Below are positions 1 to 9,850 of a stretch of 47,562 nt of DNA, in pieces (position 1 is the first letter of the stretch; each line of letters opens with the position of its first letter). The notes beneath the pieces were generated by a model. It did not search any database and was not told the DNA's origin. It worked only from the letters and a program-made list of their open reading frames with translations. The translations under genes were made by a program, and so were the position numbers. The DNA comes from an uncultured Saprospiraceae bacterium. GTDB taxonomy: Bacteria > Bacteroidota > Bacteroidia > Chitinophagales > Saprospiraceae. Location: positions 13,632 through 61,193 of the forward strand of contig CAYNIG010000001.1 of assembly GCA_964396995.1 (NCBI GenBank), read 5' to 3'.

Positions 1-282
1 CTGTTACTAAATGATAATTTGTTTGATCTGCATTCCACAGGCTGAAGCCTATGCTCCCGTAGAACGGCCTTTAGGCTGTTACTAAATGATAATTTGTTTG
101 ATCTGCATTCCACAGGCTGAAGCCTATGCTACCGTAGAACGACCTTTAGGCTGTTATTAAATGATAATTTGTTTGATCTGCATTCCACAGGCTGAAGCCT
201 ATGCTACCGTAGAACGACCTTTAGGCTGTTATTAAATGATAATTTGTTTGATCTGCATTCCACAGGCTGAAGCCTATGCTAC
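1..282. repeat. 75-bp tandem direct repeat, about 3.8 units (unit starts 1, 76, 151, 226); cut by the window edge
   Basis: The unit ctgtta(c/t)taaatgataatttgtttgatctgcattccacaggctgaagcctatgct(c/a)ccgtagaacg(g/a)cctttagg recurs head to tail. Units differ by 1-3 substitutions. There are no unique spacers. Confidence 0.9.
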
Positions 283-437
283 GGCTTTTTAGATCCGCTT
301 TTCCATTTATTCAATCGGGCAATGACATCATTAAATATAGAGGTCAAAGTCAATATGATATCAAGGTTGAGTATCTTATCAGACTTGAGCAGTTCAGCCT
401 GGCGGCGGATTTTTTCAATAGCGTGTTTTTCGGACAT
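279..437 (-). CDS. hypothetical 52-aa protein (MSEKHAIEKIRRQAELLKSDKILNLDIILTLTSIFNDVIARLNKWKSGSKKP)
   Basis: Hand translation of the minus strand: ATG at 435-437, TAG at 279-281. It is below the ORF-track length cutoff. No motif support; only a weak KSDKIL..LD resemblance to the N-terminus of the 28046..28807 product. Confidence 0.2.
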   Translation of the reverse strand: MSEKHAIEKIRRQAELLKSDKILNLDIILTLTSIFNDVIARLNKWKSGSKKP

Positions 438-546
438 GGGTAAAGAGAGTTTTATGGCTGATCGTAGTGATATAGCCTTAAGTGTAATCAGGCTTTAGAA
501 TGTTACGCGGAAAGATCTGTTTTGAAACTACTTTTACTTTTTATGA

Positions 547-582
547 GATATCGCCACATGGAATTCCCAAATTGGCGATATC
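547..582 (-). terminator. 10-bp perfect stem hairpin downstream of the 633..3755 gene
   Basis: gatatcgcca (547-556) pairs with tggcgatatc (573-582) across a 16-nt loop. It lies about 50 nt past the stop codon of the minus-strand gene. There is no clear U-tract. Confidence 0.35.
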
Positions 583-632
583 CGGGTTTCGTTAATGCTT
601 CGAGATAAAAATAGTCGGTGATTCAAAACTCC

Positions 633-3600
633 CTACCACCCGGGCACCAGATTTAAGCCAAATGCCCCTTTAGCTCCTTTTAATAACGGAATGGCATAAT
701 ATGGCTCTACGATGATGGCGCCGAAAAGATTGATGCGGGCAGCCAATCCTGTACTCACCACACCACGTTTGAAAGTAAGGTCATTAGTGCCAAAAGGAGA
801 GGTCTTGGTAAAACTTATCTGATCAAACCGATCATAGGCTACACCTACATCAACAAATGCGGATAACTCTGAAAACAGATAGCCTGATTTCACTAAAGCC
901 AATTTCTCCGGGCCTGTAAAGGGAAGTCTCACTTCAAAATTACCCATCAATAGTTTTTGACCGCTGAGGTGATCAAAGGTAAGATTGTATTGGCTGGCGA
1001 TTTTATCTAATTGAGTATAATAAAAACCGTGTACGAATCCCATATTTCCTATTAAGATAGGACTAAAATTATTTGCACTCTGACCGTACCGGGCATGATG
1101 CATTCCCCTCACAGCTATCGTCACCGGTTTAAGTCGCCAGTATTTTCTATAATCGGCGGTCGTGGCAAAAAAATCGTATCCGCTAAAATACTTTTCTATC
1201 TCAAAACGGCAACGGTAACCTACCAATGGAGAAGCCATACCGAAATAGGAATTGTCCCCTACATAAGCCAGGCCGGTATTGAAAAATCCACCACGTTGTA
1301 TATAATATCCTCCGATATTGATCAGATCTTGCTCTAGCGGTATACGCTCCCGACGACCCTGATCGATATACTGAAAAGTAAATGGATCATAATAGGTGGG
1401 ATATCTGTCTAACCGGAAAGATCGGTAGTTGCCGGATAAAGTAGTTTCGAATCGCTGGGTCGTAGAGAGTGGAAACTGAGCAAACACTCCGGCCTGATCT
1501 TCGTATATCCTTAGTATATCGAGATCTTCCCGCAGCACTTCAAAACTTTGATTATTTCCAAATCGCAGTGTATCCAGGCTATAATTCACACCACCTGTCT
1601 GAAAAGGAATATGAGATAGGGTACCGCCCCAGGCTATTTTTTTCTTGGAGTTTATATAGGTTATTTGTCCGCCAAAATCATAGATCTCACCATTCAGGGC
1701 GAGGTTAGAAAAGATCTGATGATTTCCAAACAGATCAGAAAACAACATTTGTACACCACCGGCGAGACCGGTACGCGTGCCAAAGCTTCCGGTACCCACT
1801 CCAAGACCGGTACTGCCACCGATATAATCCAGTTTAAATCTGTTTACTACAGGTTGCTCTCTGAATCGCTCTTTGTATTTTGATGCTTCCTGTGGTAGTT
1901 GGCTAAACCCATCCGCTTTGTCCAGATTGGCTGATACAATATTGGTCTGACCCATATTGGCAAAGGGTAAGGTACCCGGTGTCTGGTCTACATCCGAAGG
2001 ATCAACCTCTCTGTTGATAAACCGCTCCTGGCTTGAAGTCAGTATAGTAAATGCATTCTTTGCATAATACGAATACACGATCTTGTCTTTTTTGCGGGAT
2101 ACAGATAAGGCAGGTGAATATTCAGTGATGCCGGATATACCAGAAAGATAGTTGGTCATCTGAAATATCTTGTCATTGCTGATTTCATACCGGTACATAT
2201 TTCTGAACCCATCGCGATCAGATAAGAAATAAATATTGCCATCATCATCGTGTTCGGGATTGAGATTATTGGCGCCATAGAAAAAATCAAGCTCACGGGC
2301 TGATCCGGTAGCCAGGTCCAGTAAGCCGATATTCATAGTGAACTTACCGTTTTTACGACCTCTGGTCATGCTGATCTTATCAGTTGCAAATGCGAGTGTC
2401 TTACCGTCAGATGAAAAATTGGGTTGTATCTCACTATAGATATCATTGGTGAGTCTTTTCAGTTTTTTTGTACGTATTTCATACTGGTATAAATCGGTCT
2501 GACCTTGTGATAAGCCGGCGAATACTATGCTTTTACCATCCGGACTCCAGGCAGGATTGGCTATGGCAGGAACATCTTTAAATTTGATTTCATCTTTGGT
2601 CTTGCCATTGGTCACATCTTTAATCACAATAGCATTAGTCCCTTTTTTATAAGCGACAATGGCAAACTGCTTGCTGTCCGGGCTCCATGTACCACTTGAT
2701 TCCAGGTAATTAAGATCATCGAGGTGTCCTTCTTTTGTGGTACTGAGTACTTTTCGGATGATCTTTCCTGAATTGGCATCAGCTAAAAACAAATCGGTAG
2801 AAAACAAATCCCGCTCAGATAAGAATACAATGTATTTACCATTGGGGCTGAGAACCGGAGATACATTCAGTCTGCCCCCATTTTCATTATTTATCAAAGT
2901 TTTACCTATGAGCCTTTCTTTTTTATCATCGAGAAAAGGTTCGTAATAAGTTTTGATACTGTTTACAAATCGCTCTGAAAGTTGATCGGCAGTGAGGCCC
3001 AGGGTAATCGCACTGGCGGTTTCAAGACCATACACAGCAGTATTGTAAAATAAATTACGGATGATGTCATCGCCATACAATCCTGCTATTACCGCCCAGA
3101 AAGCTTCACCATACCGGTAAGGAAAATAGCGGGGATTTTCTAATTTTTTAAAATTGGGCACATCATCATTCAATACGGCATCGCGCATCCACATAGCAGT
3201 GAAAGGATCTACCCTGCCCAGCGACATGTATTCAGCAAGACCCTCGACCATCCATAGTGGAAGGTTTTGCAGATTTTTTATAGAAGACGAATCACCATTG
3301 ATCACCAGGTCATATTGAAAGGCGTGTACCAATTCATGGCCAAGTACATGCCAGGTCTGCTGATTGGTCATAGTGAAAGGAAATACTACTCTGTTGCGAA
3401 ATGCTTCAGTGACACCGCCGGTGCCGACACCGATTTCGCCGGAGATGGCATTGGTTTGCTGAAAGTCGGCATGATCGTTATATAATAAAATCGGATTTTT
3501 TGTATAAAAAGAATCTCTCAATACTTTTTGGTGCATTTTGTACCATTGTTCGGACCAGAGGGCTATCCGGTCCAGTGCATCTTTGTTTTCGAGATAGTGA

Positions 3601-3755
3601 TAAATACTGAAATAGGGAGTTTCGTACAGTTTGTAATTAAAGGATTTGTAATGAGGCTTGTTTCTGCCAAAATATTGTGCTTCCAGGATAGTAGACATCA
3701 TCAATGCCAACATCAAAATCGGGTATATTCCCAGGGACTTAATTCGAATTTTCAT
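633..3755 (-). CDS. secreted multidomain protein: HExxH metallopeptidase-like head, PD40/TolB-type beta-propeller repeats, C-terminal Omp85/surface-antigen-like beta-barrel
   Basis: N-terminal signal peptide (MKIRIKSLGIYPILMLALMMSTILEAQ). HELVHAF plus downstream EGLAEY (gluzincin pattern). Repeated SPNGK/SPDSK/SPDGK/SSDGK propeller motifs. Strand-like C-terminus ending ...FGLNLVPGW. Confidence 0.75.
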   Translation of the reverse strand: MKIRIKSLGIYPILMLALMMSTILEAQYFGRNKPHYKSFNYKLYETPYFSIYHYLENKDALDRIALWSEQWYKMHQKVLRDSFYTKNPILLYNDHADFQQTNAISGEIGVGTGGVTEAFRNRVVFPFTMTNQQTWHVLGHELVHAFQYDLVINGDSSSIKNLQNLPLWMVEGLAEYMSLGRVDPFTAMWMRDAVLNDDVPNFKKLENPRYFPYRYGEAFWAVIAGLYGDDIIRNLFYNTAVYGLETASAITLGLTADQLSERFVNSIKTYYEPFLDDKKERLIGKTLINNENGGRLNVSPVLSPNGKYIVFLSERDLFSTDLFLADANSGKIIRKVLSTTKEGHLDDLNYLESSGTWSPDSKQFAIVAYKKGTNAIVIKDVTNGKTKDEIKFKDVPAIANPAWSPDGKSIVFAGLSQGQTDLYQYEIRTKKLKRLTNDIYSEIQPNFSSDGKTLAFATDKISMTRGRKNGKFTMNIGLLDLATGSARELDFFYGANNLNPEHDDDGNIYFLSDRDGFRNMYRYEISNDKIFQMTNYLSGISGITEYSPALSVSRKKDKIVYSYYAKNAFTILTSSQERFINREVDPSDVDQTPGTLPFANMGQTNIVSANLDKADGFSQLPQEASKYKERFREQPVVNRFKLDYIGGSTGLGVGTGSFGTRTGLAGGVQMLFSDLFGNHQIFSNLALNGEIYDFGGQITYINSKKKIAWGGTLSHIPFQTGGVNYSLDTLRFGNNQSFEVLREDLDILRIYEDQAGVFAQFPLSTTQRFETTLSGNYRSFRLDRYPTYYDPFTFQYIDQGRRERIPLEQDLINIGGYYIQRGGFFNTGLAYVGDNSYFGMASPLVGYRCRFEIEKYFSGYDFFATTADYRKYWRLKPVTIAVRGMHHARYGQSANNFSPILIGNMGFVHGFYYTQLDKIASQYNLTFDHLSGQKLLMGNFEVRLPFTGPEKLALVKSGYLFSELSAFVDVGVAYDRFDQISFTKTSPFGTNDLTFKRGVVSTGLAARINLFGAIIVEPYYAIPLLKGAKGAFGLNLVPGW

Positions 3756-4246
3756 AAACCAGCAATTTACTACTTATTTTAACTTAAAATCGGGCGAAAT
3801 TGATCTTTAAAAAGCACTTAATTTTTTTAACTCTCCATTAAATCTTCCTTAAGAGTGGTCCTTCCGGGCCCAAAAGGAATATGGTTTAAGAATTTCGCTC
3901 GATACAATAAGAATTCTGTTAAATAAAACACATAGGTATACCGTTAATTTCTAAATAAAAACAAGCATTTTTATTTGTTTGCAGAGGCGTCTCGAGATCC
4001 CGTACATTCCAGCACTGTCTGGATTGGGACTTTACTTTTTTTATTTTGCGGAAAGGTCATCTTGATATTGGAGCGATATCAGATGAGTTTATAAATCTGC
4101 TTGATTTATTTTTTCCACTATCGTCTATACAAACTTTCCAATATTCATCCACAGCATCACGAAAATCTTTTTCCAGAGCCAAACCCGTTTTACTTTCATC
4201 GGGGATCGGTTTGTATCTTGTGTTCTCAACTCATAACGGTTATTTA

Positions 4247-5431
4247 ATGAAAAGATTATTCGTCTTATTTATTATATGTATACTCATTTCTTTTAGTTGG
4301 AATGCATGTCAGCCGAAAGAAGAATCAATTAAACAGGCAAAAACGTATCCAAATTGGGAGGGTATTACAAACATGTTGATGGAGAGAAGCAAGTTATCAC
4401 CCGGTGAAAAAGTAATCTTGGTTTCTAAGCCTGGCGACTTTGATTCGCTCGTCACTATCTTAGCTGAGAAAATTAATAAGAGAGGAGCAATCTATCTAGG
4501 CACTTTTACAGTTGATTCCTTCCTGAAACCTGCCGTATGGGAAACCGATTTTGTAAAACAGGCAACAGGAAAAAGTGAGGAAGAACTGACAGATTATTTT
4601 AAACAGGTAGATCTGGGCATCATGTTACCCGGAGCGGCCCCTGATCACCTACCGTACGCATCCATGCAAAATGTATTAAATCAGAATAAAGGAAGAACAA
4701 TTCATTTCCATTGGTCAGGGGCATACGATGTATACGGATCTCCTATTCCAATCGATAGCAGTATAAACGAATATTATCAAAAAGTATTACTCGAAACAGA
4801 GTATCAGAAACTCGGACAATTACAGAGAAATTTTGAAGAAGCTATTAGAAAAGATTGGATTAGTGTAACTACACCGCTAGGTACGAATATTAAATTTAAA
4901 ATAGGTACCAGACCAGTTACAAAACAAGATGGTGATGCATCATCCACACGAGAAACACCTCGCAATTTGATAGACCGCGAGATAGAACTACCTGCAGGAG
5001 CTATTCGTGTAGCACCCGAAGAGAATACAGTCGAAGGCAAGATTGCATTTCCTAATTCTATATGGAATGGTCAAAATGTAGAAGGATTAATATTGACATT
5101 TCAGGAAGGAAAAGTGGTTGATATCAAAGCCACGCTGGGAGTAGATGCCGTCAAAGCTGAGCTGGATGCCGCAGGAGAAGCCGGACATTCATTCCGTGAA
5201 TTTGCCATGGGTTTTAATCCTATGTTAGCCATACCTACAGTAAAACCCTGGATTCCTTATTATGGGTATGGGGCTGGTGTAGTGAGATTGTCGCTGGGAG
5301 ACAATTCTGAATTGGGTGGCAATGTCAAAGGTGATTATGTAAGATGGAATTTTTTTATAGATGCAACGGTGCAGGTAGGCAACGAAACTTGGGTAAAGGA
5401 CGGTAAATTGCTGATTGGTAATAGTAGGTAA
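4247..5431 (+). CDS. M29-family (aminopeptidase T/AmpS-like) aminopeptidase, probable lipoprotein
   Basis: Internal ATG at 4247 gives MKRLFVLFIICILISFSWNAC (lipobox-like Cys). IELPAGAIRVAPEENTVEGKIAF and LTFQEGKVVDIKA...FREFAMGFNP resemble the conserved M29 C-terminal core. The ORF-track start at 4046 is an unsupported 5' extension. Confidence 0.65.
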   Translation: MKRLFVLFIICILISFSWNACQPKEESIKQAKTYPNWEGITNMLMERSKLSPGEKVILVSKPGDFDSLVTILAEKINKRGAIYLGTFTVDSFLKPAVWETDFVKQATGKSEEELTDYFKQVDLGIMLPGAAPDHLPYASMQNVLNQNKGRTIHFHWSGAYDVYGSPIPIDSSINEYYQKVLLETEYQKLGQLQRNFEEAIRKDWISVTTPLGTNIKFKIGTRPVTKQDGDASSTRETPRNLIDREIELPAGAIRVAPEENTVEGKIAFPNSIWNGQNVEGLILTFQEGKVVDIKATLGVDAVKAELDAAGEAGHSFREFAMGFNPMLAIPTVKPWIPYYGYGAGVVRLSLGDNSELGGNVKGDYVRWNFFIDATVQVGNETWVKDGKLLIGNSR

Positions 5432-5777
5432 GAACCTATATACAGGTCTGCAGAAAAGTCAACGGAAGTTGTTAAAGCAATCGATGATGGTTTACATGAA
5501 ACTGCCCGGGATGCATTAAATTCAAAAACTAAAAACAAGGAGTCACAGGTGCATGCATCATAATCACATCGGTATAGTTGATATTTAATTCGCTAACCTC
5601 TCCATTAAAAAAAAAGAATTAGTATGCATGGTGCGGGGTACTGTAGGTGAAACAAAGCAATCACCTTGCTTTCACCAGAGAGAGCCACTATAAATGGATT
5701 GAGGATTGCCTGAATTACAGGAGCAGAAAAGAGTGTATTAAAAAAAAATCAATTAAAATAGTTTATTCAGATTAGCT

Positions 5778-5785
5778 TAATTTTG
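5778..5785 (+). promoter_or_regulatory. Bacteroidota-type -7 box (TAatTTTG) for the TPR gene
   Basis: taattttg is an exact match to TAnnTTTG, about 20 nt upstream of the TTG start at 5806. Confidence 0.4.
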
Positions 5786-5805
5786 GAATTCCAAATCCAA
5801 TAAGG

Positions 5806-6753
5806 TTGAAGCAATTTCTTGTATTATTTATTCTGATTCACAGCGTACGTGTATCTGCTCAGGATGATCCATTGACTTATTTCAATAAAGGAAATGACCT
5901 CATGACCGCTAAAGACTATCAGAATGCGATAAATGCATTTGACAAAGCGATTGAATTGGATCCTAATCTATATTATATCTATGCCAGCAGAGCAGAAGCT
6001 AAAGTGGAGCTGGGTGATTATAAAAGTGCATTAGCAGACTACAATTCATATAAAAAACTGGTCGAAGACCTCAACCTGTTGGGGGACCCCGAGATCATGG
6101 AAAAACGACAAAAGCTAATCAATTTGTTTCCCTCTACTGCAGCCGCTGCTGCTAACGGTAACCCTGATTCGGACCTCGAATCAGCCTTAGTGATTAATTC
6201 AAATGAACAATTAAAAGCTTTGTTTTACAGGGCAAAGCTAAAATTTGAATCGGGTGAATACAATGCAGCATTGCGGGATTTTACATTGGCCATTACCACC
6301 GACTCCTCCTTTGCCGATGCCTATAATGCCCGCGGATTTACTTTCCTCAAAATGCGGAATATGCAGGCAGCCTACGATGATTTTGGCCAGGCTATCCACC
6401 TCAATCCTAATTTGTATATGGCCTATGTGGGTAGAGGTGAGGTAAAAGACAAACTTAGAAATTTTGTCGGAGCTATTGAAGATTATGAAGCGGCAATAAA
6501 ACTAGCTCCTGGCAAATACAATGCCTATTACGATCGTGCTTTGTCCTGGTTTAATCAGAAAAATTTTATCAAAGCAGAAGAAGACTTCAGTACCGTGATC
6601 AAACTAAATGCAAAACACGAGAAAGCGTTTTTTAATCGCGGTGTTACCAAAATCAATCTGCGCAGATATACCGAAGCTTGTTTAGATTTTAAGACGGCTC
6701 AGTCACTGGGACACACCCAGGTAGCAGAGTATCTTGCCAGATTCTGTAAATAA
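5806..6753 (+). CDS. secreted tetratricopeptide (TPR) repeat protein
   Basis: Signal peptide MKQFLVLFILIHSVRVSAQ. Multiple 34-aa repeats with the A..Y..A..L.P pattern (AINAFDKAIELDPN, AIHLNPN, AIKLAPG). TTG start, with no in-frame ATG nearby. Confidence 0.85.
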   Translation: MKQFLVLFILIHSVRVSAQDDPLTYFNKGNDLMTAKDYQNAINAFDKAIELDPNLYYIYASRAEAKVELGDYKSALADYNSYKKLVEDLNLLGDPEIMEKRQKLINLFPSTAAAAANGNPDSDLESALVINSNEQLKALFYRAKLKFESGEYNAALRDFTLAITTDSSFADAYNARGFTFLKMRNMQAAYDDFGQAIHLNPNLYMAYVGRGEVKDKLRNFVGAIEDYEAAIKLAPGKYNAYYDRALSWFNQKNFIKAEEDFSTVIKLNAKHEKAFFNRGVTKINLRRYTEACLDFKTAQSLGHTQVAEYLARFCK

Positions 6754-6830
6754 GCAGCAGCAATTCTGATCCATGGAAATACTCCCCGTTTTCCTATTTT
6801 TATCCCAAGAATAGTTCAATACATCAATTT

Positions 6831-8204
6831 ATGCGTTTATTATTGCCTTTTATGGTCTTAGCCTGTTTATGCACATCCTGTATGAATAAAGAAAAAACAG
6901 CCAGTGTGAACAAACCGCCCATATCCATCATCACTTTAGACCCCGGGCATTTCCACGCAGCATTAGTACAAAAGTCGATGTATCCTGAGGTGGACAGCAA
7001 TGTATATGTCTATTCTGCCGGTGGTAGTGACCTGGACCTTCATTTACAACGTATACATAATTACAATTCCCGCCCTGACAATCCTACCCATTGGAATGAA
7101 ATAGTATATACCGGCAACGACTATCTTGAAAAAATGATCTCAGAGAAAAAAGGAAACCTGGTGGTGATTTCCGGTAACAATAAATTCAAAGCAGATAATA
7201 TATCCAAATCACTGGCTGCAGGATTGCATGTGTTTGCCGATAAACCGATGATTATACAACAAGAAGACTTTGAAAAACTGAAAGCCGCATTTGATATTGC
7301 CCAAAAACAAAATGTGCAGCTCTACGATATCATGACTGAACGGTATGAAGTCACCAATGCCCTGCAACGGATATTTTCGATGAATAAAAAAATATTTGGT
7401 AAACTCGAGAAAGGCACACCTGAAAACCCGGCAATCACCAAAGAAAGTGTCCATCATTTTTACAAATTTGTATCGGGCAATGTATTGGTACGGCCACAGT
7501 GGTTTATGGATATACAGCAGCAAGGCGAAGGGCTGGTAGATGTGATGACCCACCTGGTAGATTTGGTACAATGGGAATGTTTTCCGGATCAGATCATCGA
7601 TACACAGAATATACAGATACATCGTTCGCTTCGCTGGCCTACCAAAATGAGCCTTACCCAATTTAATACCATTACTAAATCCAATGGCTTTCCCGATTAT
7701 CTGAAAAGCAGCCTCGTCTCCGATACCTTGCTCCCTGTCTACTCCAATGGCGAAATCATATACAAGATCAATGATGTATATGCCAAAACTTCGGTGATCT
7801 GGAATTACCAGGCTCCGGAAGGTACAGGAGATACACACTATTCCATCATGAAGGGCTCTGTATCACACCTGGAGATAAGACAAGGTAAAGAAGAAAACTA
7901 CAAGCCCGTATTGTATATATTACCCCAATCCAAAATCGATTCGAATTACATCAATGAAATAAATGCCCTGTTAAAATCTTTAGAACAGCCATGGCCGGGG
8001 CTTACGGCAGAAAATTTGATCAGCGGAATACGGATCAATATACCCGCAGCCGTACAGGTAGGCCACGAAGCCCATTTTGCCCAGGTAATGGAAAAATATC
8101 TGGATTATTTAAAAAATAAAAATATGCCTGCCTGGGAAGTGCCGAATATGATTGCGAAGTATTATACTACGACTAAAGGATTGTCGATGGCGGTGGAAAA
8201 ATGA
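6831..8204 (+). CDS. secreted or lipoprotein putative oxidoreductase (Gfo/Idh/MocA-related, 'putative oxidoreductase C-terminal domain' type)
   Basis: Signal with Cys (MRLLLPFMVLACLCTSC). ITLDPGHFHAALVQ N-terminal motif and overall layout recalled from Bacteroidota proteins of this family. Motif-level call only. Confidence 0.5.
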   Translation: MRLLLPFMVLACLCTSCMNKEKTASVNKPPISIITLDPGHFHAALVQKSMYPEVDSNVYVYSAGGSDLDLHLQRIHNYNSRPDNPTHWNEIVYTGNDYLEKMISEKKGNLVVISGNNKFKADNISKSLAAGLHVFADKPMIIQQEDFEKLKAAFDIAQKQNVQLYDIMTERYEVTNALQRIFSMNKKIFGKLEKGTPENPAITKESVHHFYKFVSGNVLVRPQWFMDIQQQGEGLVDVMTHLVDLVQWECFPDQIIDTQNIQIHRSLRWPTKMSLTQFNTITKSNGFPDYLKSSLVSDTLLPVYSNGEIIYKINDVYAKTSVIWNYQAPEGTGDTHYSIMKGSVSHLEIRQGKEENYKPVLYILPQSKIDSNYINEINALLKSLEQPWPGLTAENLISGIRINIPAAVQVGHEAHFAQVMEKYLDYLKNKNMPAWEVPNMIAKYYTTTKGLSMAVEK

Positions 8205-8491
8205 AAGCAGACTGATTATAATTTTTTTTTAACCTTATTGGAGGGAGGTGTCATTCACAAAATTATCAATGTAGAGGGTTGGTTGTGCTTTGAAGAACAG
8301 GAATGGCACCCTGCATATTTTACACCAAAGACAAGTAACAGACTTACATTTTTTTTAAAACTAAAATGGATATGATTATTGAAAGTGTTGAGCCTTCCTT
8401 CAAGTTGCCTAAAATTACAAGGCCAGAAAAATGAACCAATGTTCGATTTAGCACTTCAGCCCCGCTTTTGGCAATACCGTGTTACCTGCCG

Positions 8492-9424
8492 TTATTTCTG
8501 TCCACCAAATGCCTTTCTTAATGCTGTTACTCTTTGTCTAATGCTTTCTTGCGTTATGCCACTTTTTTCAATGATGTCGTAAGCGTGAATGGTTCCTTTT
8601 GTTTGGTTCATTTCTACTTCTATGTTTATTTCTTTTAATTTTTGTGCATACAAAATTGCTTCGTCTCGCAAACAATCAAATTCAGCCGTTTCAATGTATG
8701 TAGGTGGTAGACCTTTTAAGTCTGTTCTTTGTAATGATGAAACGTATTTGGGTAAATTATTTCTGTCCAATCCTTTCAAATAAACATCCCACATAAGCTT
8801 TGAACTTGGTGCATTCCAAAGTGGTGTGTCCTGAAATGTTTGCATAGAAGCTGTGCTTAAAGTATGGTCGCAAACTGGGTATATCAAAAGTTGAAAGCGT
8901 AATTTTATTTCTTGTCGATCTATTGCCATTTGTGCAACGCAGGACGCTAAATTTCCACCTGCACTATCACCACCAATTGCCATTCTGCTTTTGTCAATTC
9001 CAAGTATTTTATAATTGTCATTCGCCCATTTTAAAGTGGAGTAACAGTCTTCCAAACTTGTCGGAAATGGATTATTCAAACTCACTCTATAATGAGGAAA
9101 AACGACAATACAATTTGCTTTTTCGGCATATTCAAACATCATTTTCTTATGTACTTGTGCCGCTTCAATAAAAAATCCACCACCGTGGCAATACACCAAA
9201 CAAGATGCATTTGCTTGAATATCTTTTGGTTTGAATACCAAAACTTCAATGTCGATGTTCTCAAAACCTTTTATTTTATGAGAAGCTATTTCAATGCTTT
9301 GTGGTGCTTTGGTGGATTTAAAATGCCACTTAAATAAAGCGTTATACGCAGGTATCTGCCATTTTTTAGTGTTAGGAAAAAAACGAAGGATTGCAAAGTC
9401 TTTATGAATATTGTATTTAGCCAT
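8492..9424 (-). CDS. alpha/beta hydrolase, hormone-sensitive-lipase-type esterase/lipase
   Basis: HGGGF oxyanion-hole motif (VYCHGGGFF), GDSAGG nucleophile elbow (GGDSAGGNLA), and a C-terminal His region (GTIHAY). Confidence 0.85.
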   Translation of the reverse strand: MAKYNIHKDFAILRFFPNTKKWQIPAYNALFKWHFKSTKAPQSIEIASHKIKGFENIDIEVLVFKPKDIQANASCLVYCHGGGFFIEAAQVHKKMMFEYAEKANCIVVFPHYRVSLNNPFPTSLEDCYSTLKWANDNYKILGIDKSRMAIGGDSAGGNLASCVAQMAIDRQEIKLRFQLLIYPVCDHTLSTASMQTFQDTPLWNAPSSKLMWDVYLKGLDRNNLPKYVSSLQRTDLKGLPPTYIETAEFDCLRDEAILYAQKLKEINIEVEMNQTKGTIHAYDIIEKSGITQESIRQRVTALRKAFGGQK

Positions 9425-9429
9425 ATTAA

Positions 9430-9789
9430 TTAATTCATTAAAGATGAAAGAAAGCCAATAGTGATAAGTGTTTCTACCACTGTTGAAACTAAAATTCCTT
9501 TGCTAACTCTACCGCCTTTCAACTCATACAAACCTGAAATGGCTAAAAGTCCTGTGATTACAGCTCCACCAATAGCTATTGCTTCTGTGGTTGGCATACT
9601 TTTTCTCGCTAAAAATAGAATTGTGGAAAGGCCAAGATAAACCGACCCAATTCTTCGGGACATTACTTTGGCTTCATCGGGTGATTGCATTCCCCATTGT
9701 TTCAGCATTGATGTGCTTGAAAATAAAAAACCTAACCCCAAGCCAAATGTGGCGATTGCAGCAATTAATGCGATTGTTGTAAATGTCAT
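9430..9789 (-). CDS. small integral membrane protein (about 4 TM, DUF4345-like)
   Basis: 119 aa, four hydrophobic segments, 5-nt gap to the esterase gene (same strand, likely an operon). Confidence 0.55.
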   Translation of the reverse strand: MTFTTIALIAAIATFGLGLGFLFSSTSMLKQWGMQSPDEAKVMSRRIGSVYLGLSTILFLARKSMPTTEAIAIGGAVITGLLAISGLYELKGGRVSKGILVSTVVETLITIGFLSSLMN

Positions 9790-9850
9790 ATTTCTATTAT
9801 TTTAAAATTTCGGTAAAAATAAGGGCAACATGTCAAACCTACAACATTAG

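Noticed and set aside
1-282. Possible CRISPR array (regularly spaced repeats at the contig edge)
   Set aside because: The entire 75-bp period is repeated nearly identically. There are no unique spacers between conserved repeats, and no cas genes occur in the window.
4046-4246. 5' extension of the aminopeptidase ORF (track start 4046)
   Set aside because: The extension has no signal or domain features. The internal ATG at 4247 yields a canonical lipoprotein signal peptide.
5620-5745. Cobalamin-riboswitch-like elements (ggtgaaa..., agccact) with a ggtgaaa/tttcacc hairpin upstream of the TPR gene
   Set aside because: Only two short fragments resemble the consensus. The B12-box is incomplete, the surrounding conserved helices are not evident, and the downstream TPR gene has no link to cobalamin. 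A covariance-model scan would be needed to revive this.
7209-7838. 209-aa minus-strand ORF inside the oxidoreductase gene
   Set aside because: It is entirely antisense to the 457-aa gene, which has a signal peptide and family motifs. The ORF has no motifs of its own.
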